The translations under genes were made by a program, and so were the position numbers. From an uncultured bacterium (GTDB lineage: Bacteria; Actinomycetota; Acidimicrobiia; Spongiisociales; UBA5794), in assembly GCA_963801165.1 (NCBI GenBank), contig CAWDDT010000009.1:96001-160000 (forward strand): a DNA stretch of 64,000 nucleotides, written 5' to 3'. This document shows, piece after piece, positions 26,817 through 36,038 of this stretch (its first letter is position 1; the number at the start of each line of letters is the position of its first letter). A model generated the notes under the pieces. That model had not been told where the DNA came from. It made no database searches and worked only from the letters and a program-made list of their open reading frames with translations.

Positions 26817-27998
26817 GTGTCGTGGCGGAGTGCCCTTGCGATTGTCGCCCTCTCGCCGACCGCGGTGTGGTGGATCGAGCGGTTGGTGGCGATCCCGACA
26901 TCAGGCTGGTTCGCCGGTGCGACGACATTTGGCATCGGTGGTGACTTCGCGACTTTCCATGCGGCTGCCGCACTCGTCGTGACCGGACGCGGAGATGTCA
27001 TCTACGAGCCGGCTGTCTTCCAATCGATCTTGCGGCCGGAGCTCGGGGTGTACGGCCCGTTCGGGAATCCACCTCCGCTGGCACTCTTGCTGTCACCGCT
27101 TGGTCATCTGTCGTTCGAGACAGCCTGGTTCGTGTGGTCTGCCGTCGCAGTGATCGGGATCGGCGTGGCCGCTTGTCTGCTGGGATCGAAACACCCTCTG
27201 ATTTTCATAGCTTGGTCGTTGCTCCTTCCCGCCCGTGTACTACACGCTCACTTTCGGCCAGCTGAGTGTGTTGTGGCTGGTGATCCTGTCGGGTACGTTA
27301 TCAGCTGCTGAAGCGACGGACATTTCATCGCGGGCGGAGCTGTTGCGGGCCTGCTGGTCATGAAGCCGACCCTGGCGGTGGGCCTCGCGGTATGGTGGCT
27401 CGTCCGGTGGCGAAAATACCGACTCGCCGTGGTATCAGCCCTCGGCACTGCGCTAATCGCTCTTGGAGCCAGCTATGTCATTTACCCGGCTATCTGGACG
27501 AACTACTGGGTTCGGTTTCTGCATTCGTATCGTTGCGCGATGTCGTAGAGACCAATGGGCACAGTTCTCGCTGTGGGTGGCGTGGGGACCTCCTCTCCCC
27601 GGTGCCGTTGCTTGCCATGGTTCTCGGGATGGTGTCCGCGGGATCGGCATCTTTGCCTGTCCCGCTATTGCGGTGTGGCAGCTGCGCAGGATGAATCGTT
27701 GGACCGGTTCGATGATCGTTGCGGTGCTATTCACGCCTTCTCGTCATGCCTCATCTCCTGGCCTCGACTGGATGCTGCTTCTGGTTGCCCCGGCGTCGCT
27801 CCTGGTCGAGAGGTCGAAATCGGGATGAGCTTGCATGGTTCGTGGTCGCCGGGTTCAGCGTGATCTCTGCTGCACTTGGACTCGTTCTGACTGATTGGAT
27901 GCTTGCTTCGGCGGGTTTGCCGTTCAGATGGCACCACTGGCGCTACTCGGCCGATATGGCTGCTGGGCACAGTGGGAAGATCTCAGGCGCGATGTCAT
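26817..27998 (+). pseudogene. Glycosyltransferase family 87 (DUF2029), multiply frameshifted
   Basis: Motifs spread across frames: GGDFATF, FGNPPPLALL, TFGQ, GLLVMKP, PHLLA/DWMLL. End approximate. Confidence 0.7.
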
Positions 27999-28061
27999 AG
28001 AGCGGAGCGAGCGCCTACGGTGACAACGGCCGCGCCGCTCATTGCATCTACTCTCTTACCT

Positions 28062-28388
28062 ATGGGACGATTGCCAAAAGACATGCGCCAGCTCATGCAG
28101 CAAGCGCAGAAGATGCAAGAACAGATGCAGCAGGCGCAGGCCGACCTCGCCGAGCGCACATACGAGGCAACCGCCGGTGGCGGTGTCGTCAAGGCTGTGG
28201 TCAAGGGAACGGGCGAGCTCGTCGCGGTCGAGTTCGATCCGTCGGTGCTCGATCCGGATGACCCGGAGATGGCCGGTGACCTGGTCGTTGCGGCCGTCAA
28301 CAGCGCACTCAAGCTCGCCTCCGACGATGCTGGAACCGCGATGGGAGGTCTGGCCGGAGGTCTTGACCTGGGTGGTTTGCTCGGCTGA
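28062..28388 (+). CDS. ybaB: YbaB/EbfC nucleoid-associated protein
   Basis: MRQLMQQAQKMQ, ATAGGGVVK, DPDDPEM..DLVVAAVN; TGATG coupling to recR. Confidence 0.93.
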   Translation: MGRLPKDMRQLMQQAQKMQEQMQQAQADLAERTYEATAGGGVVKAVVKGTGELVAVEFDPSVLDPDDPEMAGDLVVAAVNSALKLASDDAGTAMGGLAGGLDLGGLLG

Positions 28389-28981
28389 TGTTCGAGCCTC
28401 CAGTGCAACGTCTGGTCGATGAGCTCGCCCGGCTCCCCGGGATCGGGCGCAAGAGCGCCCAGCGGTTGGCCTTTCATTTACTCAACGTGGAGCAAGCCGA
28501 CGCCGAGCGGCTCGGCCAAGCCATCATCGATCTCCGCCGGCAGGTGCGGTTGTGCGATCGATGCTTCAACATCACCGCAGGGATGGAGTGTTCGATCTGT
28601 CTCGACCTGCGGCGTGATCCAACCACGGTCTGTGTCGTCGAGCGTGCCCAGGACATCGCGGTTCTCGAGCGGACCCAGGAGTTCTCCGGTCGCTACCACG
28701 TGCTGGGCGGTGCAATCTCGCCCATCGCCGGCATCGGACCCGAACAGCTGCGGATGAAGGAGCTCGTGGCCCGCGTCGGCGCCGAGTCGATCCAGGAGGT
28801 CATCGCCGCCACCAACCCCACCGTGGAGGGCGATACGACCGCGATGTACATCGCCAGACTCCTCAAGCCGCTCGGGGTGCGCGTGTCCCGGCTCGCCAGT
28901 GGCTTGCCCGTCGGCGGCGATCTCGACTACGCCGACGAGATAACCCTCGGCCGCGCCATCTCCGGTCGCAAGGACCTCTAG
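28388..28981 (+). CDS. recR: Recombination mediator RecR
   Basis: LPGIGRKSAQRLAFHLL, C4 zinc finger, YHVLGG.ISP, GLPVGGDLDYAD. Confidence 0.97.
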   Translation: MFEPPVQRLVDELARLPGIGRKSAQRLAFHLLNVEQADAERLGQAIIDLRRQVRLCDRCFNITAGMECSICLDLRRDPTTVCVVERAQDIAVLERTQEFSGRYHVLGGAISPIAGIGPEQLRMKELVARVGAESIQEVIAATNPTVEGDTTAMYIARLLKPLGVRVSRLASGLPVGGDLDYADEITLGRAISGRKDL

Positions 28982-29075
28982 CCCCGCATTCTGGTGCAAA
29001 TCACTTCCGCATTTGGGAGTGCGCTACACACTGGCAGGGAGGGCGTAGCGGATCGGGGTCGCCTATCGTTGTCGC

Positions 29076-30164
29076 ATGAGGATTGCGATTGTCGAGCCGT
29101 ATTTCGGGGGGTCACATGCGGCCTGGGCGGATGGGTATCGCCGCTTCTCGGAGCACGATGTCGCCGTCTTCTCGCTGGCCGATCGTTTCTGGAAATGGCG
29201 GATGCATGGTGGTCATGTGACGCTGGCGGGCGAGTTCATGGCCGCGGTCCAGGTTGGCGGTCCCTTCGACACCATCGTCTGCTCCAGCATGCTCAACGTC
29301 CCGGGCTTCCTCGGGTTGGCCCGGTCTGCGGTGGGCTCAGCCCGAGTGGCGCTGTTCATGCACGAGAACCAGCTCGGCTACCCGCTATCTCCCCGGGATC
29401 ACTCCGACCTCACCTACCCGATGATCAACTGGACCTCGATGCTCGCCTCCGACCTGGTGGTGTTCAACTCGCGCTACCACCATGACCAATGGTTCGAGGA
29501 CATACCCGGTTTTCTCCGGCAGTTCCCCGATCACTCCCAACACGGTCTGATCTCATCAGTTGCGGCCCGGTCGACAGTCGAGCCCGTCGGCGTCGACCTG
29601 CGGCGTTTCGACACGACGGTGCCGAAACAAGGTCCCGTACCCCGGATCATCTGGAATCAGAGATGGGAGTACGACAAGGGGACCGATGACCTGGTGGCGG
29701 CATTGCTGGCGCTGGAGCGACGGGGTGTCGATTTCGAGGTCGTGCTCGCCGGCCAGCAGACGCCGACGGACCCGGACGAGATGGTGAAGCTGCGAAGCGA
29801 GCTCGGCGATCGGGTCATTCACTACGGGTGGGCCGAGGACGACGAGTATGTCCGGCTGCTGAGCTCTGGCAGTGTCGTCGTCTCGACCGCTCATCACGAG
29901 TTCTTCGGGATATCCGTTACGGAGGCCGTGTACGCCGGGTCGTTCCCGGTGCTTCCCAACCGGGTGGTGTACCCCGAACGGATACCCGAGCATCTCCACG
30001 CCCACTGTCTCTACGACGACTCGACCGACCTCATAGACAAGCTCACCTGGGCGACGACGCACGACGTGGCCGCAAGCGAGATCGTTGCCGCGCTCAAACC
30101 GGTGATGCGGAGGGCCGACTGGAGTGAGGTCGCGCCCCGCTACGACGAACTGTTCCTGGGCTAG
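29076..30164 (+). CDS. GT4 glycosyltransferase with DUF3524 (GTDC1/QTMAN-like)
   Basis: EPYFGGSH, FWKWRMHGG, FMHENQLGYP, FNS, WNQRWEYDKG, STAHHEFFGISVTEA, LPNRVVYPE. Confidence 0.85.
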   Translation: MRIAIVEPYFGGSHAAWADGYRRFSEHDVAVFSLADRFWKWRMHGGHVTLAGEFMAAVQVGGPFDTIVCSSMLNVPGFLGLARSAVGSARVALFMHENQLGYPLSPRDHSDLTYPMINWTSMLASDLVVFNSRYHHDQWFEDIPGFLRQFPDHSQHGLISSVAARSTVEPVGVDLRRFDTTVPKQGPVPRIIWNQRWEYDKGTDDLVAALLALERRGVDFEVVLAGQQTPTDPDEMVKLRSELGDRVIHYGWAEDDEYVRLLSSGSVVVSTAHHEFFGISVTEAVYAGSFPVLPNRVVYPERIPEHLHAHCLYDDSTDLIDKLTWATTHDVAASEIVAALKPVMRRADWSEVAPRYDELFLG

Positions 30165-30757
30165 CCCGCCGGCGATAGGCTGGTCAGGGCTTCCCGGCGT
30201 GCGTAGAGATCGCGCAGCAGGGCCACCTCGGCCATGTGGTGGATGAACTCGCGATTGACCCAGCGCACGATGCCAATGAACGGGAGCTGCGGGTCGAGGC
30301 CCCACGGATACTGCCCGAAACCCGGTACGTCGAGTTGTTCCGCGGTCATTGCCTCGACGGATGCGATCCACCGTTCGGTTGTCGACCACAGGGCTGTGAG
30401 CGTCTCGCCGGCTCCTGGGGAGAACTCGACTAGCTCGGCCGGGTCGATCGAGCGCGAGCCAAAGGTCCATTCCCACCTGCCCGCGATGCCCGACAGCAGG
30501 TGGTTGAGACGCCAGGCGATCGTGGTGAGCGGGCCGGGAGCAAACGGGTCGATCCGCTCCCGGTCGAGTTTCCATCCGCCCGGGCCATAGGCCGCGCCGG
30601 TGCGAACATCGGCGGTGCGGCGGAGCGACCACATGGCGGGTGCGGGTTCCCACAGGCACTCGGCGTCGCTGAGCCCGTCCACCCGGTCTTTCGACAGGTT
30701 CATCGAGTCTGCCAGTTGCTCGACCAGCAGCCCGACACGATCCGTCCGAATCTCCAT
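30161..30757 (-). CDS. DinB family protein
   Basis: GLSDAECLWEP, TTIAWRLNHL, EFIHHMAEVALLRDLY. Confidence 0.88.
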   Translation of the reverse strand: MEIRTDRVGLLVEQLADSMNLSKDRVDGLSDAECLWEPAPAMWSLRRTADVRTGAAYGPGGWKLDRERIDPFAPGPLTTIAWRLNHLLSGIAGRWEWTFGSRSIDPAELVEFSPGAGETLTALWSTTERWIASVEAMTAEQLDVPGFGQYPWGLDPQLPFIGIVRWVNREFIHHMAEVALLRDLYARREALTSLSPAG

Positions 30758-30821
30758 TCTGCGCTCCCCGGCTTGTCTCGTCGCAGCCTACGGCGTAATG
30801 CGGCCGGCGTCTGTCCGCATC

Positions 30822-31871
30822 TCAATCGAAGAGCCGTAGCGCCGGCTGTGTTCTCGGAGCGACCTCGTCCAATGGGATGTAGCCGGGTACCTCGCGGTGC
30901 GGGGTGTCCAGGTACACCTTCGCTTCGGGGGAGGGTCCGAATCGACCATGCGACCACCTGATCTCGACGTGGCCCTCGACCGTTTCGTCCAGCCCGGTCG
31001 TGGTGTTGCGGACGACGGCTTTCCAGTGGACGACCGGCTGCTGTGCCTCGCGATTCGGCGACACGAACAGATCCCGGAAGCTGTACCGGAGCCGGAAATC
31101 CCATGGGGTGGCGACCCGGTAGCGGAGCGGTTGGTTGTCCGCCGACTCGCCGAGCACGAAGTACGGCGCCGACTCCAGCCGGAGCAGACGCCACAGCATT
31201 GTCTCCCGGCGCCGCGCCGTCGTCATGTTGGAGGCCCAGCGCTTGGCGGTGGCGGCGGCAACGGTGTGGGAGAACTCGGTGTAGGCGCGGCCCAGGTCTC
31301 CCCCCAAGCGAGCGGGCAGGCCGTCACGGATGTGTTTCAGATCGCGGTCGCCGAGTTGGGAGACCTGCGGCGGGAGATCTGCGTCGATCTCGGCGCGGCA
31401 TGCGGTGTAGAACACCTGGTAGGCATCGGGCGCAACCTCCTCGTACCAGCCGTTCTCACTGCGGTAGTCACGATCGAGAAGCAGGTTGACGAATAGGTTG
31501 CCGGGTGAAGGGTTGTGCAGGATGTTCGATCCGTATTTGCACGAGATCAGATAGACGTGATCGATGCGAAGGTCGGCCGGGATCTGCTCGTAGCCCGGCG
31601 GGCGCTGGTTGCCTTTCCACTCCACCGACCATGGTGGTCGCCCCCGCAGACCGTCGGCGGCACGGGCAAAGGCGATGCCGTTCGCCCAGGCTGTGGCGAA
31701 CTCAGATGCGAACTCGCCGGCGGCAAACGACTCGGCGAGGGCGTCGTAGTGGCTGTCCTCGACGTTGAGAAAGTTGCGCGGTCGCACCTCGAGGGCCCGG
31801 GCGACATCCGGGAAGCCCATGGTTGCCATGCCGGTGATTATCTCGGTGACCTCGGTTCGCGGCGCCGGCAT
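30822..31871 (-). CDS. Hypothetical protein, putative restriction endonuclease (PD-(D/E)xK variant)
   Basis: IPADLRIDHVYLISCKYGS (D...SxK); third gene of a methylase operon. Confidence 0.55.
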   Translation of the reverse strand: MPAPRTEVTEIITGMATMGFPDVARALEVRPRNFLNVEDSHYDALAESFAAGEFASEFATAWANGIAFARAADGLRGRPPWSVEWKGNQRPPGYEQIPADLRIDHVYLISCKYGSNILHNPSPGNLFVNLLLDRDYRSENGWYEEVAPDAYQVFYTACRAEIDADLPPQVSQLGDRDLKHIRDGLPARLGGDLGRAYTEFSHTVAAATAKRWASNMTTARRRETMLWRLLRLESAPYFVLGESADNQPLRYRVATPWDFRLRYSFRDLFVSPNREAQQPVVHWKAVVRNTTTGLDETVEGHVEIRWSHGRFGPSPEAKVYLDTPHREVPGYIPLDEVAPRTQPALRLFD

Positions 31872-31873
31872 GG

Positions 31874-32197
31874 CTAGGGCTCAGCGAACAGCGGGGAGAA
31901 CTGCATCTGGACACCCAGCAGCGCCGGGGGGAACTCCTCGGCGGTGAAGACGTCCTCGGTGTAGACGTCGATGGGGATACCTGTGTTCTTTATCCACATG
32001 GCCACCGCGTCGCTCCACTTCTCTTCGAGCAGGGCGTGTTGCAGCTGGCCGAGCACCTCGGGTGAGAAGATCCGTCGATCGGCCCGGGCGACGAGACGGA
32101 CGGCGAGTGCCCGGTGGAGGACGGCGAAGTCCTCAGCCACCAGGACCCCCGGCGGGTTGTCGCGGATGACAGCTACCGCAACGGTGGGATGGCTCAC
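31874..32197 (-). CDS. Hypothetical 107-aa protein
   Basis: GTG start in a GTGA overlap with the methylase stop; ends 2 nt before the next start. Confidence 0.75.
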   Translation of the reverse strand: MSHPTVAVAVIRDNPPGVLVAEDFAVLHRALAVRLVARADRRIFSPEVLGQLQHALLEEKWSDAVAMWIKNTGIPIDVYTEDVFTAEEFPPALLGVQMQFSPLFAEP

Positions 32198-33702
32198 GAG
32201 AAACCTTCCACTTCCTCGTCGCTCCAGAAGCCGGGCAGCGGGCGGTCCGCCTCGCCGGTGGCGTATGACCTGAGACGTTTCCGGCCGGCATCGTTGAGCA
32301 TCTCTATGGCGTCCCAGAACGCCCCACCCTTGCCGGCGGCGCGCAGGGCGTTGTCTCCCTCGCTGCCGGGCTGGGGGAGGTGAGACGTGAGCAGCAGCAG
32401 CCGGATAGGTGGTGCGGATGGTCCGTCGCGTTGCTCGCTCTCGCGTAGCACCAGAGCCCGCCCGAGCGTCTTCCATACCGTGTCGGTGCGGCGTAGACCG
32501 CCGCGGGTGGTGGTGAAAGCCCCGGAGACGTCGACGTACCAGGCGTTGTCGGTGCGATCGGTGACGAGGAAGTTGAACTGTGCGCCGGTGCCCTTGACCC
32601 GGTGGCCGCGTTTCTGGACGGTGAACCCGGCCGCCTCCAACGTGTCTTGTGCAATCTGCTGGGCTGCCTTGCCCTCCCTGGTGGCGCGGGCCTGGAAGTC
32701 GTCGCTGTTGTCGATCTGGGGCGGTTCGATGGCCTCGGCAGGCTCGTCGTTGGAGACCGCATGTGCGATGTCGATCTTGCGCTGGTGCTCGCGCTCGGCG
32801 GCAACACGCTCACGCGCGATGTCGACGTAGGCGGGCTCCAGGTCGTAGCCGACGGCGCGTCTCCGTCTCTTGATGGCAGCTACGAGCGTCGCCCCCGACC
32901 CCATGAATGGATCGAGCACGAGGTCGTCCTCGTAGGTGTATAGGTTGATGAGCCGCATCGGCAGCCCGACCGGGAACGGTGCCGGGTGGCGTGCGCGCTG
33001 GGCGCTCTCGGCGGGGATCTCCCAGATGTCGAGCGTGGCCTCCATGAACTCGTCCGCGGTGATCTTGGTGTCGAACGGGAGGTCCAGTGCCTGACGCTGC
33101 TTGGGTGACTTGGCCCGATCGAAGCGCCCCTTGCTGGCGATGATGACACGCTCGGTGATGTCTCGCAGAACGGGGTTGGTGGCCTTGCGGTATGAGCCCC
33201 AGGCCACCGAGCCCGAGGCGCCGTCGGCCTTCTTCCAAATGACCTCCCCGCGCAGCAGGAGGTGGAGCCGGTCCTGGAGGATATGGATGACATCGGAGGC
33301 GAGACTCCGGTATGGCTTACGGCCCAGGTTGGCGACGTTGACCGCGATCCGCCCACCCGGCTCGAGCGTGCGGACACACTCTGCGAAGACATCGTGGAGC
33401 AACTCGAGGTACTCGAGGTAGGAAGCCGGCACGCCGTCCTGGCCGAGATTCTCCTCGTATTCCTTGCCGGCAAAGTAGGGCGGTGACGTGACGACGAGGG
33501 CAACCGAGCGGTCCGGGATCGCGCTCATGTCCCTTGAGTCGCCGAGCATGCACACGTCGCCGAGCCGGGGCCGCTCACCGATCTCGTCGTCGTCTGAGAT
33601 GACCGGCGCCTGGAACCGTGCGTAGAACTTCGACGCATCGTGGCTCTGACGTCTGCCCACGCCGAACGATGATGTCGATGTCGGTTCTCGGTTGATCGTC
33701 AC
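32194..33702 (-). CDS. Site-specific DNA methyltransferase (beta class, SPPY) with C-terminal nuclease-like domain
   Basis: VVTSPPY precedes HPAPFP and VLDPFMGSG; about 170-aa C-terminal extension. Start assigned to GTG 33702. Confidence 0.9.
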   Translation of the reverse strand: MTINREPTSTSSFGVGRRQSHDASKFYARFQAPVISDDDEIGERPRLGDVCMLGDSRDMSAIPDRSVALVVTSPPYFAGKEYEENLGQDGVPASYLEYLELLHDVFAECVRTLEPGGRIAVNVANLGRKPYRSLASDVIHILQDRLHLLLRGEVIWKKADGASGSVAWGSYRKATNPVLRDITERVIIASKGRFDRAKSPKQRQALDLPFDTKITADEFMEATLDIWEIPAESAQRARHPAPFPVGLPMRLINLYTYEDDLVLDPFMGSGATLVAAIKRRRRAVGYDLEPAYVDIARERVAAEREHQRKIDIAHAVSNDEPAEAIEPPQIDNSDDFQARATREGKAAQQIAQDTLEAAGFTVQKRGHRVKGTGAQFNFLVTDRTDNAWYVDVSGAFTTTRGGLRRTDTVWKTLGRALVLRESEQRDGPSAPPIRLLLLTSHLPQPGSEGDNALRAAGKGGAFWDAIEMLNDAGRKRLRSYATGEADRPLPGFWSDEEVEGFS

Positions 33703-33771
33703 AATGCTTGAACCATACCCGGAGGGTGTGACACGGTTGGTGATCGGCGGTCGAGAGCGCAACCGTATGGT

Positions 33772-33820
33772 TTGACACGCCGTCATGCAGACTGTAACTT
33801 TTACTCGTTGGAACGTTCCA
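33772..33820 (+). promoter_or_regulatory. Sigma70 promoter TTGACA-N17-TAACTT followed by LacI-type operator TGGAACGTTCCA
   Basis: -35 at 33772, -10 at 33795, perfect 12-bp palindrome at 33809-33820 upstream of a sugar operon. Confidence 0.75.
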
Positions 33821-33850
33821 CAGATCGACCATGAGACCGGAGGAGAGACC

Positions 33851-34738
33851 ATGGGCGGCTTTCTCGACAGGATTGCCGGAGCTCCAATTACTTGGGGTGT
33901 CGACGGTAGCCCGGGCTGGGGTCACCTCATGGACGCCGACCGTGTGCTCGCCGAGATGCAAGAAGTCGGTTTGAAGGCGACGGAGCTCGGGCCCGACGGT
34001 TATCTCCCCGCGAACCCTGCGGAGCTTGCCGACAAACTCGCTGGCTACGAGCTGGAGCTGGTCGGCGGATTCGTACCGGTGGTTCTCCATCTCCCCGACC
34101 GTGTTGCAGATTCCCTCGACTACTTCGCCCGGGCCTGCAAGACGCTTGCCGGCTGTGGCTCGGATGTCGTGGTGCTTGCCGCCGGATCGGGTCTCGACGG
34201 CTACGACCGGTCGATCGACATGAGCGAGGACGAATGGAAGGTCTTCCTCGAGAACATGGAGAAGGTCGTCGACATCGCCGAAGACGCAGGTCTGGTCACG
34301 GCTTTTCACCAGCACTGGGGGATGGCCATCGAACAGCCCAAGCACGTCTACCGTCTCATCGAGGACAGCACCGTGGACTTCTGTCTCGACACCGGCCATT
34401 TGTTCCTGGGCGGCGCCGACCCGACCGAGATCGCCAGGGCGGCCGCAGGCCGGGCGTCACACGTCCATCTCAAAGACGTCGATGGCGCCATGGCTGAGCG
34501 GGTACGCGCCCATACGCTGCCGTTCCGGCAGGCGAACATAGACGGCATTTTCGTTCCGCTCGGTGACGGAGCGATCAACTTCCAGACATTTATTCAGACA
34601 CTCGAGGACGCCGGCTTCGACGGCTGGTACGTGCTCGAGCAGGACTGTGTCCTCGACGCCGATCCGGCGCCGGGCGAAGGTCCGATAGAGGACGCCATGA
34701 AGAGCATCGACTATCTGAAGTCACTGAGTATCGCTTGA
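33851..34738 (+). CDS. iolE: Myo-inosose-2 dehydratase-like TIM-barrel protein
   Basis: IAGAPITWGV, ATELGPDGYLP, CLDTGHL..GG.DP, HVHLKDVD, GWYVLEQD. Confidence 0.8.
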   Translation: MGGFLDRIAGAPITWGVDGSPGWGHLMDADRVLAEMQEVGLKATELGPDGYLPANPAELADKLAGYELELVGGFVPVVLHLPDRVADSLDYFARACKTLAGCGSDVVVLAAGSGLDGYDRSIDMSEDEWKVFLENMEKVVDIAEDAGLVTAFHQHWGMAIEQPKHVYRLIEDSTVDFCLDTGHLFLGGADPTEIARAAAGRASHVHLKDVDGAMAERVRAHTLPFRQANIDGIFVPLGDGAINFQTFIQTLEDAGFDGWYVLEQDCVLDADPAPGEGPIEDAMKSIDYLKSLSIA

Positions 34739-34933
34739 GGCATTGATCCTCGTCGTGCGGAGGAGGCGCACGGCTGGTCATGCAATAGAGGAGTATTTCC
34801 CACCGTATGAGTGGGTCCAACGAGATTGGCCTCGGTATTCGAGGTCGACGTGTTGTCCGGTGAAGTGTTTCTATTCGCCGGACCTGGCGACCCCGCAGAG
34901 TGCGGGCGTCTCAACACTGAGGAGGAAGAGAAT

Positions 34934-35968
34934 ATGAAGAAGAGGATCATTCTGATCCTTGTCCTCGCTTTCGCACTGCTTGTAGCGGCATGTGGCGGAG
35001 ACGACGGTGCAGCGTCGACAACGACGACCGCCGGCGGCAGCGAGGGATCGACCACCACCGCGGCGTCGGGCGACACCGGCGCCGTGACCCAGCGCGGATA
35101 TCACTTCATCGTTGTTTCCCATGGTCAGTCATCCGACCCGTTCTGGTCGGTAGCTGCCAACGGGGCCAGCGATGCTGCCAAGGACATGGGTGTCCAGGTC
35201 GACTGGCAGGCACCCGGAACCTTCGACATGGTCGAGATGAGCAACCTCATTGACGCCGCCGTCGCCGCCCATCCCGATGGGCTTGTCGTGACGATCCCGG
35301 ACGCCGACGCGCTCGGTGCTTCCATCAAGAGCGCCGTTGCCGCCGGTATCCCGGTCATCTCGATGAATTCGGGCAGTGATGTCTTTGCCGATCTCGGAGT
35401 GTTGGTCCACGTTGGCCAGACCGAGTACGAAGCCGGTTTGATCGCCGGTCAGAAGTTCAAGGACGAGGGCGTCACAAGCGCCATCTGCCTGAACCAGGAG
35501 GTCGGCAACGTCGCGCTCGACCTACGTTGCCAGGGCTTCGAGGACGGTCTCGGCGTTCCCGTCAAGGTCGTTGCAGTCGAGCTTTCCGATCCGACTGGTG
35601 CCCAGCAGACGGTCGGGGCCGAGCTGCAAGCAAACCCTGTCGACGGCATCCTGACCCTCGGTCCCACCGGTGCCCAGCCCACGCTGGCCGCACTGGATGA
35701 GGCCGGAATGCTCGGGCAGGTCAAGTTCGCCACGTTCGACCTGTCCCCGGAGGTGCTCCAGGCGATCGTCGACGGCAACATGCTGTTCGCCATCGACCAG
35801 GCCCAGTACCTGCAGGGCTACCTGCCGATCGTGCTGCTGACCAAGTATCTGGAGACCGGGGCGCTCCCGCTGGGTAGCGTCGACCGGGTCATCCTGACCG
35901 GTCCGCAGATCGTGACGGCAGATAAGGCCGCAGACGTGATCAAGTACTCTGAGGAAGGCCTCAGGTAA
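34934..35968 (+). CDS. Sugar (probably inositol) ABC substrate-binding lipoprotein
   Basis: Lipobox LVAA-C; [50 protein letters not shown]. Confidence 0.9.
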   Translation: MKKRIILILVLAFALLVAACGGDDGAASTTTTAGGSEGSTTTAASGDTGAVTQRGYHFIVVSHGQSSDPFWSVAANGASDAAKDMGVQVDWQAPGTFDMVEMSNLIDAAVAAHPDGLVVTIPDADALGASIKSAVAAGIPVISMNSGSDVFADLGVLVHVGQTEYEAGLIAGQKFKDEGVTSAICLNQEVGNVALDLRCQGFEDGLGVPVKVVAVELSDPTGAQQTVGAELQANPVDGILTLGPTGAQPTLAALDEAGMLGQVKFATFDLSPEVLQAIVDGNMLFAIDQAQYLQGYLPIVLLTKYLETGALPLGSVDRVILTGPQIVTADKAADVIKYSEEGLR

Positions 35969-35977
35969 GTACTCGAC

Positions 35978-36018
35978 GCCGCTTTCGGGGGCCTGCCTAA
36001 GGTAGGCCCCCGAGCGGC
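35978..36018 (+). terminator. Stem-loop after the binding-protein gene
   Basis: gccgct-ttcgggggcctgcc-taa-ggtaggcccccga-gcggc. Confidence 0.65.
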
Positions 36019-36038
36019 TATTTCGGGAGGAGGATCAC

